64,000 nucleotides of DNA from Candidatus Heimdallarchaeota archaeon (GTDB lineage Archaea; Asgardarchaeota; Heimdallarchaeia; Heimdallarchaeales; Heimdallarchaeaceae). Every line of letters begins with the position of its first letter. Within the stretch, counting starts at the first letter, position 1. This document shows positions 50,054 through 60,656 of the stretch, one piece after another. A model generated the notes under the pieces. It had not been told where the DNA came from, ran no database searches, and was given only the letters and a program-made list of their open reading frames with translations. The stretch spans positions 164,553-228,552 of the forward strand of contig JAHLWR010000003.1 of the NCBI GenBank assembly GCA_019057815.1, in the 5' to 3' direction. Position numbers and translations under genes: made by a program.

Positions 50054-51463
50054 ATGATGAATGGTAACAATGAGCTTAAAAATCCTTTGATGAAGAGAAT
50101 TAAACAAGAGTTAATATCAGAGAAAGATAAACTTCGAATTCTTATTGAAACCTTATCCAAGGTAGATATTGGTATTAATATATTTAATACAAAATATGAA
50201 GTACTTTTCCAAAATCAATTTTTAACAGAAAAATATGGCGATTTAACAGGAAAAATATGTTTTCAAGAATATAGGGGTCTTTCAGAACCCTGTGACTTCT
50301 GTCCCATGATTAAAGCTATAGAAACGAATGAGATATACAGAGGTGAATTAAAAGGAGTAGATGGAAGAGATTATACAATTATATCTGCGCCTTTTCTAAA
50401 TCCTGATGGTACTATTGATAAAGTAATTGAAGTTGTTATAGATATTTCTGAAAAGAAGAAAGCTGAGGAAAAAATAAAGGAGTCAGAAGAGAGGTATAAA
50501 CATATGTTGGAAAGTGTTCCTATCGGAATTGTAATTTCTGACCAACAAGGTAATATCTATGATTCCAATACAGCAATGTGGAAGATTTTAGGTGATGATT
50601 CTAAAGAGAGTTTCTTACTGAATAAAGCACAAGATTTTTACTTCAGCTCGGACTACAGAGATGCTTTTGTTGAACAACTTGAGAAAAAAGGAGAAGTAAG
50701 GAATTTTGAAAGTCAAATGAAAGGAAAAAATGGAAACATGTTTTGGGGTTTACTTAGTTCAGTAGCCGAACCAACATCAACTAGAGAGAAAATGTATATC
50801 ACTACTCTTCAAAACATTGATGAGCATAAAAAAGCTGAAGAATCTATTATTGAAGAAAGAGACAATGCTCAGATGTATCTAGATACAGCAGGAGTTATGT
50901 TATTATTAATTGACGAGAATGAAATCATTCAGCTTATTAATTCTAAAGGTTGTGAAATTCTAGAAGCTAAAGAAGAAGATATTGTGGGAAAAAATTGGTT
51001 CGATACATTTCTTCCAGCTGAAATACGAGAAGAAATTAAAATTGTCCATCGACATTTGATGAGAGGAGTCATAGAAATCGCTGAATCTCACGAAAATGTA
51101 ATAGTAACAAGCGGTGGAAAAGAAAAAACTATAGCTTGGCATAATACATTAATAAGAGACAAAACAAACAAAATAATAGGAACTCTAAGTTCAGGGGAAG
51201 ATATAACTGAAAGAAATCAAATGATAGAAGAAATGAGAAAAGCTTTTGAACAAATAGATAAAAACATCGAGCAGTTTGCGATACTGGTGGATAGTATTAG
51301 GAATCCTCTTGCAGTTATAGTCGCTCTAGTTGATCTTTATGGAGAGACAGAAAAAGAAATAATTTTTGAACATGCAGGCTCAATAGATAAAATTATAGAA
51401 AATATTGACCAGAGAACTTTAGAATCTAAAGAAGTGAGAGAATTCTTGAAAAAGCATTTCTAA
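50054..51463 (+). CDS. triple-PAS sensor with degenerate HisKA-like C-terminus and no HATPase domain
   Basis: three PAS/PAC units ending DISE/NIDE/DITE; LVDSIRNPL then ends about 50 aa later. Confidence 0.8.
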   Translation: MMNGNNELKNPLMKRIKQELISEKDKLRILIETLSKVDIGINIFNTKYEVLFQNQFLTEKYGDLTGKICFQEYRGLSEPCDFCPMIKAIETNEIYRGELKGVDGRDYTIISAPFLNPDGTIDKVIEVVIDISEKKKAEEKIKESEERYKHMLESVPIGIVISDQQGNIYDSNTAMWKILGDDSKESFLLNKAQDFYFSSDYRDAFVEQLEKKGEVRNFESQMKGKNGNMFWGLLSSVAEPTSTREKMYITTLQNIDEHKKAEESIIEERDNAQMYLDTAGVMLLLIDENEIIQLINSKGCEILEAKEEDIVGKNWFDTFLPAEIREEIKIVHRHLMRGVIEIAESHENVIVTSGGKEKTIAWHNTLIRDKTNKIIGTLSSGEDITERNQMIEEMRKAFEQIDKNIEQFAILVDSIRNPLAVIVALVDLYGETEKEIIFEHAGSIDKIIENIDQRTLESKEVREFLKKHF

Positions 51464-51596
51464 TTTCTATTTCATTTAATTGATATTATTATATATTGCA
51501 AGAGAAAAGGTAAATTTCCTAATTTGAAAACGGAGTTACTAGGTTTATTCATTCATTAAAAGATAAATATATATGCTCATTATCAAAGATGAACCT

Positions 51597-52937
51597 ATGA
51601 AACTTGAGGAACTTTTGACTATGCGTCAGATGACACGTAAAGTAACTCCTGACAATGATGGACAAGAAATTGTCTTGTGTGGTTTTGTTACAAACATTCG
51701 AAATGTTGGTAAGAATCTGAAATTTATTATTCTTGAAGATCGAGATGGTGATGTCCAGCTCATAGCGAAAAGAGGAGAAATAGAAGAAAATTATCTCGAG
51801 TTAGCAGATGAAATAACGTCTCAAAGTGTAATTTGTGTAAAAGGAATTATTAGCAAAAGCGAGAAAAGTAAAAGAGGAGTAGAAGTTAAAATTAAAGAAT
51901 TTCATATCTTAAGTAGAAGCGAACCTGCTCTTCCTTCTGATATTTCTGGTGACACACACCCAGATTTATCTACTAGATTAGATTGGAGACATCTAGATTT
52001 AAGAAACAAACGTAATCAGACAATATTCATGATTTCATCGGATTTTCTAAAATACTCTCGTGAATTTTTCGAAAAAGAGGGATTGATTGAAATAAATACT
52101 TCAAAACTAATAGGAATCCCTTCTGAAGGTGGTGCGGAAGTTTTTGAGGTAAAATATTTTGACAAAAAAGCTTTCCTTGCTCAATCACCGCAATTATATA
52201 AACAAATGGCGATTTCCTCAGGTTTTGAGAAAGTATACGAAATTGCACCTGTGTTCAGAGCTGAAAAATCTTTTACAGCAAGACATGTTACAGAATTTAT
52301 CTCTCTTGATGTAGAAGTAGCTTACTGGCCATCATTAAGTGAATTGATAAACTTTCAAGAATCTATGTTAGTTTATGCTCTTACCAAACTTAAAGAAAAA
52401 TGGAATGATAAGGTCAAGGAACTATTTGATGTGGAAATAGGTATACCTCCACAGCCAATACCCAGAATAACTATGGATCAAGCATATGAAATACTCAAAG
52501 AAAAAGGTCTAGAATTAGAAAAAGGCGATGATATAGGAACACAAGGAGAAAAACTGCTGGGAGAAGTAGCTTTGGAGAAATATAATAGTGATTACTTATT
52601 TGTTACACATTATTACTTTACTCAACGTCCATTCTATCATATGAAATCAGAAGATAACGCAGAGTTAACATTAAGCTTTGATTTATTATACAAAGGTGCG
52701 GAGACAACAACTGGTGCCTTAAGAGAACACAATTATGAAACACTAGTTATGCAAGCAAAAGAAAAAGAACTAGAAATCGAACCACTAACATTCTATCTCA
52801 ATTTCTTTAAATATGGATGCCCACCTCACGGAGGATTTGGTTTTGGTCCAGCAAGACTTATCATGAAACTCTTGAATCTAGGCAATATTCGTGAAGCTAT
52901 AATGATTCCAAGAGATACGCACAGATTACACCCTTAA
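51597..52937 (+). CDS. aspS: aspartyl-tRNA synthetase, archaeal type
   Basis: RLDWRHLDLR, LAQSPQLYKQ, FRAE, PPHGGFG, PRD; start may be 51573. Confidence 0.92.
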   Translation: MKLEELLTMRQMTRKVTPDNDGQEIVLCGFVTNIRNVGKNLKFIILEDRDGDVQLIAKRGEIEENYLELADEITSQSVICVKGIISKSEKSKRGVEVKIKEFHILSRSEPALPSDISGDTHPDLSTRLDWRHLDLRNKRNQTIFMISSDFLKYSREFFEKEGLIEINTSKLIGIPSEGGAEVFEVKYFDKKAFLAQSPQLYKQMAISSGFEKVYEIAPVFRAEKSFTARHVTEFISLDVEVAYWPSLSELINFQESMLVYALTKLKEKWNDKVKELFDVEIGIPPQPIPRITMDQAYEILKEKGLELEKGDDIGTQGEKLLGEVALEKYNSDYLFVTHYYFTQRPFYHMKSEDNAELTLSFDLLYKGAETTTGALREHNYETLVMQAKEKELEIEPLTFYLNFFKYGCPPHGGFGFGPARLIMKLLNLGNIREAIMIPRDTHRLHP

Positions 52938-52960
52938 GCATCACTCATCCTTTTTTTCAC

Positions 52961-53845
52961 TTAGTAGTTGAGTGTATCTTGTTTTTTCTCTTTCCACAAA
53001 ACTTCTAATACTTTCTTGAAGTATACTGCAGCTCTATAATACTCGTTAAGGAAAACCGCTCCCTTAGCTAGTGTATGTAAGATCCATACTTCCTTACATT
53101 TATCGACCTTCTTGATTAACTCTCGGTCATTTTCGATTATTTGCATAAGTTCGCGCATCTTATCATGATATTGGGGTTTGTTGAAGCTTTTACTTAAATA
53201 GACACTGAGCAACCTTCCCATGCTTTTAACTGTTGCAAAATAATATCCTGCCTTTCTGAAATAATCTATACATTCACAGACGTATTTTTCTGATTTTTCA
53301 AGATTGTCTATGAATTTATCTGCTGCTATCAAGATGTATAAAGTCTTGTAATAGAAATAACCCTTTACAAGTGAAGAAAGAGATTCAATTATCTTTTGAG
53401 CTTCATTCAAATAGTGTCTAGAACCTTTATCGTCGTCTATTAACCTCACTAAACAGGATTTAGAACCAAAGGTTGAAGCCAAGAAAACCCTACTGTTGAG
53501 TTTGTTAGCTAGAATAACCATCTTATCCAATAATTCTGAAGATTTTTGAACATTTTTAGGATTTAACCAAATAAGGTCGAATTCAAGATCATAAAGATAG
53601 AAGAGAGAAAAGTTATCTTCTATTTCTAAACTTTTTTCAAGAACTCTCTCGATAAGAGGTATAAAGGCTTTGTCTTTAGTATTGGAAACTTTTCTATGCA
53701 GAGATTTGACCATAATTCTTAATTTTCTGACATCTATCACTTTTTCTAGTTCCTGATAGAAATAGTCCAGTGAGAAATCAACCAAAACTTCTTTTTCTTT
53801 CTGATCTAACCCTTCTTTCCCAATAACTCTTTGCATACTTTTCAC
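52961..53845 (-). CDS. hypothetical TPR-like helical protein, possibly truncated
   Basis: helical repeats with A..YF patterns. Confidence 0.55.
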   Translation of the reverse strand: MKSMQRVIGKEGLDQKEKEVLVDFSLDYFYQELEKVIDVRKLRIMVKSLHRKVSNTKDKAFIPLIERVLEKSLEIEDNFSLFYLYDLEFDLIWLNPKNVQKSSELLDKMVILANKLNSRVFLASTFGSKSCLVRLIDDDKGSRHYLNEAQKIIESLSSLVKGYFYYKTLYILIAADKFIDNLEKSEKYVCECIDYFRKAGYYFATVKSMGRLLSVYLSKSFNKPQYHDKMRELMQIIENDRELIKKVDKCKEVWILHTLAKGAVFLNEYYRAAVYFKKVLEVLWKEKKQDTLNY

Positions 53846-54015
53846 TGATTCTATTCTTTAATTATTGGGTTAAGAGTAAAAGAAAAGTAATATACTTTAG
53901 GTTTAGTTCACTTATATATCTATTGTCTCATATATAAAGGATGAAAAAAGGAAGAATTGAAGGTTTTAGTGCTTCTTATTGCTTCTGTTCTATGTTGTTT
54001 CTAACAGCTGTTCCA

Positions 54016-55263
54016 TTATTTCTTTTTCTTCTTTGAGATTGTCCTTGTGAGTAATAAGGTAACTACTAACATTAGAAGAGTAAATGTGAAGTTTAATTGA
54101 TTTTCATCTGTAGAATATTCAGCAGGTTCATCGAGAGGGTATCGATCTTCTGGACATGCAGAGCCATCAATATAATAATCACCTCTCCCTGACCAATCGG
54201 ACCAGTAATTGCCTTCTTTTACCTCAGGGTCATACCAAAAGTTGCTAGTGCCATTATCACAAGCTTGTGAAGTTCCTCCCAGATTATTGTCTACAAAGGT
54301 ATTATGGTGAATAAGATTATTATCAGAACTGGAACTTAGGTATACTCCATATCTTTCATTTTCTTGTAGAAGATTGTAAGTAATGACACAAAAAGCAGAA
54401 GAGATCAGCCAGATGCCATCGTAATTGTTGTTGCACGTGTTGTTATCCACAGTAGAACTACCAAAATCCTCAAGCGAGATGCCATATTTGTTATTGTTGC
54501 ACGTGTTGTTAAACACTGCTGATCTACTAGAAGAGTAAACCCTGATGCCGTACCAGTTGTTGTTGTTGCATGTGTTGTTAACCACAGTAGAACTAACAGA
54601 AGACTCAAGATAGATACCTTCCCAGTTATTGTCGCTGCAAGTGTTGTTGGCAATAGTCGAACTACCAGAAAACAAAAGATGGATGCCATAGGTGTTATTA
54701 TTGCACGTGTTGTTGACCACAGTAGAACTACCAGAAGAGGAAAGAAAAATACCCCAGTAGTTATTGCTGCAGGTATTGTTTGCAACGGTAGAACTGCCAG
54801 AAGACTCAAGCCAGACGCCATAGTGGCTATTATTGCACGTGTTGTTGGTAACAGTAGAACTGCCAGAAGACTCAAGATTGATGCCGAACCTGTTGTTGTT
54901 GCTGCAAGTGTTGTTAATGATGGTTGCTGTTCCATCAGCTTAATAGATATGAATACCATTTTCCTCTGCGTCAACATAGCAATTACGAATAGTAAAATAT
55001 TTAGTTGTACCTCTAATAGAAATACCCCTTGTACTCGTTGTTGTAATATTATATCCTTCAATGACATAGGGATCTATTTCTGTTCCTGTTCCTGGAAAAA
55101 CCTCAAAATCGCTATCACTTGTTATTTCAATTGGATCATGCGGAATCAACTCTAATGAATTAGGTCTATAATCATTCTCTTCTACAACACTTTGTACATT
55201 GATATTCAATGCGTAGATTGTCAATGTTAGTATTAGTAGAATTATTATTGTTTTCTTTCTCAT
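54016..55263 (-). pseudogene. beta-helix surface protein copy 3, interrupted by one in-frame TAA at 54940-54942
   Basis: ORFs 54940-55314 and 54016-54720 share a frame: NGIHIY*ADGTATIINNTC, versus GIYIENVADGT and GIYIRFAADGT in the paralogs. Confidence 0.85.
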
Positions 55264-55457
55264 TAAATCACACTTAATTAAACTCTTTATCGAATATATA
55301 TTTTGTGCAACCAATTCTTCTGATAATAATCCTAACTAAAATATTTTTCGAGTTTATATATCAATTTGAGAATGACTAAGTACTCCCATCCGTTCTAATA
55401 TCTTCCTATCTTCGAAAAACCCAAAAAGAAAGTATAAAATTACAGGAGGACTATTTC

Positions 55458-55871
55458 ATGATGGAAGAACTCTTAGAACGTCAATATTCAGTAACAGTCA
55501 GTATTCTAGAAAAGGTCATCTTTATCTTTTTCACTATTCTTTCTATTATTGCTTCTATTCTTTCCTTTACTGATTCTTCTGATAATTCTTCTTATTCCCT
55601 TGTTTTCAATATCTTCATCGTTTTCTTAACTCTCTTAATCTTTCTCTACTCTTTCATCATCACTATCCTTATTCCTGTAATTACTAAAATTATTCTTCCA
55701 AAAATGGTTGTCTTGCTTTACTGCAATGTTAATTCTTTTAGGTTTTTTTCTACTTATAGATTGGAATCTTTCCACTACAAGAATTTTCAAGAGATAGAAC
55801 TATTTGAGGATATTAGATTTGAAGAGAATAAGGATATAGAGGATTTATCAATTTCAGGAGGTATTAACTAA
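55458..55871 (+). CDS. hypothetical membrane protein
   Basis: GGAGG SD, two hydrophobic segments, unusually T/C-rich coding strand. Confidence 0.55.
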   Translation: MMEELLERQYSVTVSILEKVIFIFFTILSIIASILSFTDSSDNSSYSLVFNIFIVFLTLLIFLYSFIITILIPVITKIILPKMVVLLYCNVNSFRFFSTYRLESFHYKNFQEIELFEDIRFEENKDIEDLSISGGIN

Positions 55872-55873
55872 CT

Positions 55874-56140
55874 ATGTTATGGGAATTAATTTTCGAGATT
55901 GAACATAAAGTCAAAGGAGTAACTGTCGGTTTAGCCAATTATAAAATCTCTACCAGAGATGATTTGGAATACTTTTTGAGTCATTGTGTAAATGAATCTG
56001 ATACTCTTGATGTACTATGGGAATATAGAGCTGTGCTTTTGGATGGAAATGGGAAAAAAGTTATTTTATCCGATCTTAATGAAATAATTATTAACAAAGA
56101 AAAATGCTTTAGTTCTGATACTATACCAACTAGCGTTTAA
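55874..56140 (+). CDS. hypothetical protein
   Basis: GGAGGT SD, coupled to the upstream ORF. Confidence 0.55.
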   Translation: MLWELIFEIEHKVKGVTVGLANYKISTRDDLEYFLSHCVNESDTLDVLWEYRAVLLDGNGKKVILSDLNEIIINKEKCFSSDTIPTSV

Positions 56141-56260
56141 AGTTAATAGTATTGAGATATCTTAATAAAGACAAAATAAGAGCAAAAATAGGTTTTCCAT
56201 TATTTATAACATTAGTATTTCCTTTATTTGGCTAACCATAGGAAAAAAACTAAGAAACCT

Positions 56261-56758
56261 TCATAAAACAGTACTCAAATATCTCGTAAGGTGGCTGATA
56301 AACATCTTTTCTAATTCATCTGCATTATTAGCAGAAACAAGAAAATAGTCTATATCGAATTTTTTTGAAATAGCTTGAATTTCCTCTTCACTAATTTCAT
56401 GGAAGTCTACCATGTTTTTCTTAGTTCCGAGAAAAACAATATAGGGAATGTATTTCAAGGAATCGGCTACTTCTTTTACCCACTTCCACAGGTCTGTGAA
56501 TGTCGTCCGCCGAGTTAGATCAAAAACAATAATTATAGTACTACTCCCTTTATAATAGACTTTTCTTACAGATTCAAATCTTTGTTGAGCAGGGAGATCC
56601 CACAAAGTAACTTGAACTTTCTTTTTCCCAAGATACAGTTCTTTAGAAGCGATATTTTGTCCATATTCCTCAGATATTGTTTTTCCGCAAAGCGTTTTTA
56701 GTATCTGAGTTTTACCTACTCCTGGATTACCAATAATTGATATCTTAAACTGCTCCAC
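56261..56758 (-). CDS. Rab-like small GTPase with divergent G3/G4
   Basis: GNPGVGKT, WDLPAQQRF, YYKGS, VFDLT, GTKKN, VSA. Confidence 0.88.
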   Translation of the reverse strand: MEQFKISIIGNPGVGKTQILKTLCGKTISEEYGQNIASKELYLGKKKVQVTLWDLPAQQRFESVRKVYYKGSSTIIIVFDLTRRTTFTDLWKWVKEVADSLKYIPYIVFLGTKKNMVDFHEISEEEIQAISKKFDIDYFLVSANNADELEKMFISHLTRYLSTVL

Positions 56759-56899
56759 AAGAAATAAAGTTCAATAAAATATAAAAACATAGTGTGAGGA
56801 TAGTCTACAGCTGCAAAATCTAGTCTAAACGGATTGTTTTTAATAATCAATATCAACATATATTTCGTAAGTGATTAACATTTTCTGGAAATATTTCAA

Positions 56900-59800
56900 A
56901 TGAGCTATATTAATTACTTAGTCCGTAAAACCTTCAAAAGAAGAATGGGGAAGAATATAGGGACAATTATTGCCATTACGCTAGGCGTTAGCTTAATGAT
57001 GGGTGTACAAATAACGATAACTAGTTTCGGTAGTACAGCCACAGATTTCTTTCTTGAAGCTCTAGGTGAGAATGACATCATCATAACTAAAATGCCTCTC
57101 GCTCTCGATAATTATACAGATTTAATTTATGAGATTGAAAACTCGGGAATTAATGTCTCTGCTATGAATGCCCGTGTAAGACAATTCATCACTGTCTATA
57201 ATGAAGAAGAGGGACAAATTGAACAAAGAGTTCCCTTTGTAGGTTTTGATTTTAATGAAGACGAAGTCTTTGGAGATTTATATGATGAAAATGGGACAAT
57301 CTATTCTCAGGATCGATTAAACCTCCTTTTGCAAGATAATAATTCTATTTTAATATCTAATAGAATAATTAATGATATCTTTTCAGAAGAGACGACACAA
57401 GTAGTAGGGAAGGAGTTGTTGGTTGTTCTTCCTGTTATAAATATAAGTGCAACTTCTTTCGAGGACCTGTTTTATTATACAGACTATAATATGACAATAA
57501 AAGGGATAGTTAAAAACGAAGGAAAAGGAAGAGAAGGTGGTAATCGAAACTTATGGACAAAGATAGACCATTTAAGAGAAATTACTGGATTAAACGAATC
57601 ACAATGTACAGAAATCAATATAGCTCTTAGTGCTGATCACATCGAAAATCCTATCTCCAGTGAAGAAGCTTATGCAGCTGAAGACATTCTTAATGAATTA
57701 TTAGCTCCTAAAGAACCTGGAATAATTATTATAGCTATAAGAGCCACAGCTTTAGATGCATCAGAAGATATTTTGAATGATGTTTTGGTAGCCTTTAATC
57801 TCTTTGGAGCTTTAATAATTTTTTCCGGTGTATTATTAATCGTAAATATTCAATTAATTCAAGTAGAAGATCGATTACAACAGCTTGGAATTTTAAGAGC
57901 AATAGGCTCAAAACGAAGAGAAATTATTAAACTATTTTTGATGGAATCAACTATTGCAGGAGTTGTGGGGTCAATAGCAGGGATTGGTGGGGGATATGGA
58001 ATGTCAATGTTCTTAGTGTGGCAAATAGGTAAAACTTTCTTTGATGTATCTATTCAGTTGAGACCTATTGTCACAATTGCTTCTGTTACGTATTCCCTTG
58101 TAGTTGGTTTAATATTATCGTTAACATCGGGGTTATTACCTGCTATAAGAGCAAGTAGAGTTGATGTTATAGAAGTAATCAGAGGAATAAAGAAAGTCCC
58201 AACAAAAAGAGCTGGAACATTTTCATTACCTTTAGGATTAACATTGGTAGTTGGAGGAATTACAACATTTGTAACTCAATCAATTGTGCAAGATTCCTAT
58301 TTTACTTCAGCAGGATGGGATTCATCAGTTGAACAATGGATTTTCTTGGGTGCTACAGGTGCTTTCTTAATAGGATTGAGTATCCTATTTGGTTATTTAT
58401 TCTCAAAGAAAATCTTAGGGAATTTTCTAGGTCTTTCTCTGATTGGATTAACAATAGTTATGTTAATGGCTACTCTTCCATTACTTAACGACTTAGCCGA
58501 GAGCAGCAAAATTCTGATTACCCTTGTTGTTTTATTAGCTCTTTCCACCATCCTATTTGTTGGAGTGAATTTGAGAGCTGTGACTAATTTCATAAGAACA
58601 ATTTTTTATCGGACAAGGTTGAAAAAAGCTGTTTCCCTTGTAGCAAGCAAATATATGACTGCCAGAACAATGAGAAGTACTCTTACTTTTGGAATATTCA
58701 CTCTTGTTCTAACAATGAATATTTTTGCTAGTGTTTATCAACAAACTTTCAAAGTTAATACTCTTGATTCTGTAGAATTCTACAGTGGAGGAGGAGCTAT
58801 TTACGCACAACTCGATATTCCTGTATCAAACATTTCTGGAATCGATGTAGAATCGGAACTTCTTCAAGTAGATGATTCTATAACAAAAGTTCAAGGAATA
58901 AAATCCGCAATAGCCTTCACTAGTGATTTGGATCCGGTAGGAAACGAGAGTGCATTTATGATACCTTCAGGTTTTGATCTTGTAGAAAATGATACTTTTA
59001 AAGACGGGGATGATTACGTTTTCGATTTCATATTCTCAAACTCGATCAAGCAGTTTAATGCAGAGTATAAACCTGACGGATCCCAAGAATATCAGAGAGA
59101 ATATAGTCATAAAATATGGGATATATTCTATTCTAGAGATCGTGTAAATAGAGAAGGCTACATCGATAATGAAGATGGATTACTCACTATAATCTCTACA
59201 CTTCCCTTTATAACTCCAGGAGAAACAATTTTCATTTCTACATTGTTTGGATGGCAAGAATTTATAGTGCTTGCATTAATGCTGCAATATCCTTTCAGTT
59301 TGACTAGCATGCTTCCAAAATATATTGCAACTCCTGATGTTTATAACATTCTGCCTTTTTCTCTAATAGTACCAGCTCCAAATCAATATCTATTTAAAAC
59401 TAGTGAAGATTTCAGAGAAGGGCGAAATCATCAGATTGCTCAAGATATTGAATATTTCTTCAACGCTAACACTTCAATAATAAGACAATCTGGGCAAAGA
59501 GTTGCAGCTACTGCTCATTCTGTGTGGGATGTAATGCTTGAAACAGTCGAATTCCAAGTAAAGACTTTCGATTTTATGCAATATTTTGTTGGATTTGGTC
59601 TAGTTGTTGGAGCAATGGGGATGATAATAATTGCCGTGAGGAATGTTTCAGAAAGAAGAAGAGAAATAGGTATGATGAGAGCGATTGGATACAAGAAAAG
59701 GCAGATTATAGAGTCCATCATGCTAGAATTATTCATACTTGCAGGATTGGGTCTTTTCATGGGTCTGGTAAATGGAATAGTATTAGGTTGGTCATTTGCT

Positions 59801-59950
59801 AGATTGTACGATTGGAGCGTTGTCATACCTCTAACAAGGGTTTTAATCTATACTGGTATAATGATTGGTGTAGCGCTTGTAGCTTCGATAATACCGGGGA
59901 TTAGAGCAAGTAGAATAACACCAGCAGAGGCTCTCAGGTACGTGGGTTGA
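56900..59950 (+). CDS. MacB/FtsX-type ABC permease with duplicated permease domain
   Basis: two R..E/LG.LRAIG motifs, PAIRASR / PGIRASR..EALR. Confidence 0.9.
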   Translation: MSYINYLVRKTFKRRMGKNIGTIIAITLGVSLMMGVQITITSFGSTATDFFLEALGENDIIITKMPLALDNYTDLIYEIENSGINVSAMNARVRQFITVYNEEEGQIEQRVPFVGFDFNEDEVFGDLYDENGTIYSQDRLNLLLQDNNSILISNRIINDIFSEETTQVVGKELLVVLPVINISATSFEDLFYYTDYNMTIKGIVKNEGKGREGGNRNLWTKIDHLREITGLNESQCTEINIALSADHIENPISSEEAYAAEDILNELLAPKEPGIIIIAIRATALDASEDILNDVLVAFNLFGALIIFSGVLLIVNIQLIQVEDRLQQLGILRAIGSKRREIIKLFLMESTIAGVVGSIAGIGGGYGMSMFLVWQIGKTFFDVSIQLRPIVTIASVTYSLVVGLILSLTSGLLPAIRASRVDVIEVIRGIKKVPTKRAGTFSLPLGLTLVVGGITTFVTQSIVQDSYFTSAGWDSSVEQWIFLGATGAFLIGLSILFGYLFSKKILGNFLGLSLIGLTIVMLMATLPLLNDLAESSKILITLVVLLALSTILFVGVNLRAVTNFIRTIFYRTRLKKAVSLVASKYMTARTMRSTLTFGIFTLVLTMNIFASVYQQTFKVNTLDSVEFYSGGGAIYAQLDIPVSNISGIDVESELLQVDDSITKVQGIKSAIAFTSDLDPVGNESAFMIPSGFDLVENDTFKDGDDYVFDFIFSNSIKQFNAEYKPDGSQEYQREYSHKIWDIFYSRDRVNREGYIDNEDGLLTIISTLPFITPGETIFISTLFGWQEFIVLALMLQYPFSLTSMLPKYIATPDVYNILPFSLIVPAPNQYLFKTSEDFREGRNHQIAQDIEYFFNANTSIIRQSGQRVAATAHSVWDVMLETVEFQVKTFDFMQYFVGFGLVVGAMGMIIIAVRNVSERRREIGMMRAIGYKKRQIIESIMLELFILAGLGLFMGLVNGIVLGWSFARLYDWSVVIPLTRVLIYTGIMIGVALVASIIPGIRASRITPAEALRYVG

Positions 59951-59955
59951 TAAGA

Positions 59956-60639
59956 ATGGAAGAAGAATACGCACTAATAACAAAAAACCTTCACAAAATC
60001 TATGCCCAAGGAACAGAGATGGCAGTCCATGCTCTAAAGGGTATTGACATCAAAATACGAAAAGGTGAGATGGTCGCTATTATGGGCCCCTCAGGTTGCG
60101 GCAAAACGACTCTTCTAAATCTTATTGGTGGAATCGATTTACAAACAGAAGGAGAAATCTTCGTTGCTGGCAATGATATATCTAAATTAACTGATGAGGA
60201 AATGACAAACTTCAGATTATTTAATATAGGATATATTTTTCAGCTGTTCAATCTTTTCGAGTTCCTTTCTGCACTAGAGAATACAGTTCTTCCACTCTTT
60301 CTAACAAAAACAACTAGGTTTGAAGCTGAAGAAGAAGCTAAAATGATGTTAAGACAAATGGGTTTAGGAGATAAATTGAATCAACTCCCTGGAGAACTAA
60401 GTGGTGGAGAACAGCAAAGAGTTGCAGTTTCTAGAGCTTTGTTGATGAATCCAGCAATTATACTTGGGGATGAGCCAACAGGAGATTTAGATAATTCAAC
60501 AGCTACTGACATTATGAACCTTTTTGTTTCAATTAATGAAAATTATAAACAAACGTTCATCATAGTTACACATTCTGAACATATAGCTCAATTCTGCCAT
60601 AGAATCATTAGAATAGTCGATGGCGAAATAGTAGATTAA
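59956..60639 (+). CDS. LolD/MacB-type ABC ATP-binding protein
   Basis: GPSGCGKT, LSGGEQQRV, DEPTGDLD, VTH. Confidence 0.93.
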   Translation: MEEEYALITKNLHKIYAQGTEMAVHALKGIDIKIRKGEMVAIMGPSGCGKTTLLNLIGGIDLQTEGEIFVAGNDISKLTDEEMTNFRLFNIGYIFQLFNLFEFLSALENTVLPLFLTKTTRFEAEEEAKMMLRQMGLGDKLNQLPGELSGGEQQRVAVSRALLMNPAIILGDEPTGDLDNSTATDIMNLFVSINENYKQTFIIVTHSEHIAQFCHRIIRIVDGEIVD

Positions 60640-60656
60640 GGATTTTAGGTGATTAG

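Noticed and set aside
54940-54942. Sec/Pyl recoding of the internal stop
   Set aside because: The codon is TAA, not TGA or TAG, and the alignment suggests a 3-nt deletion.
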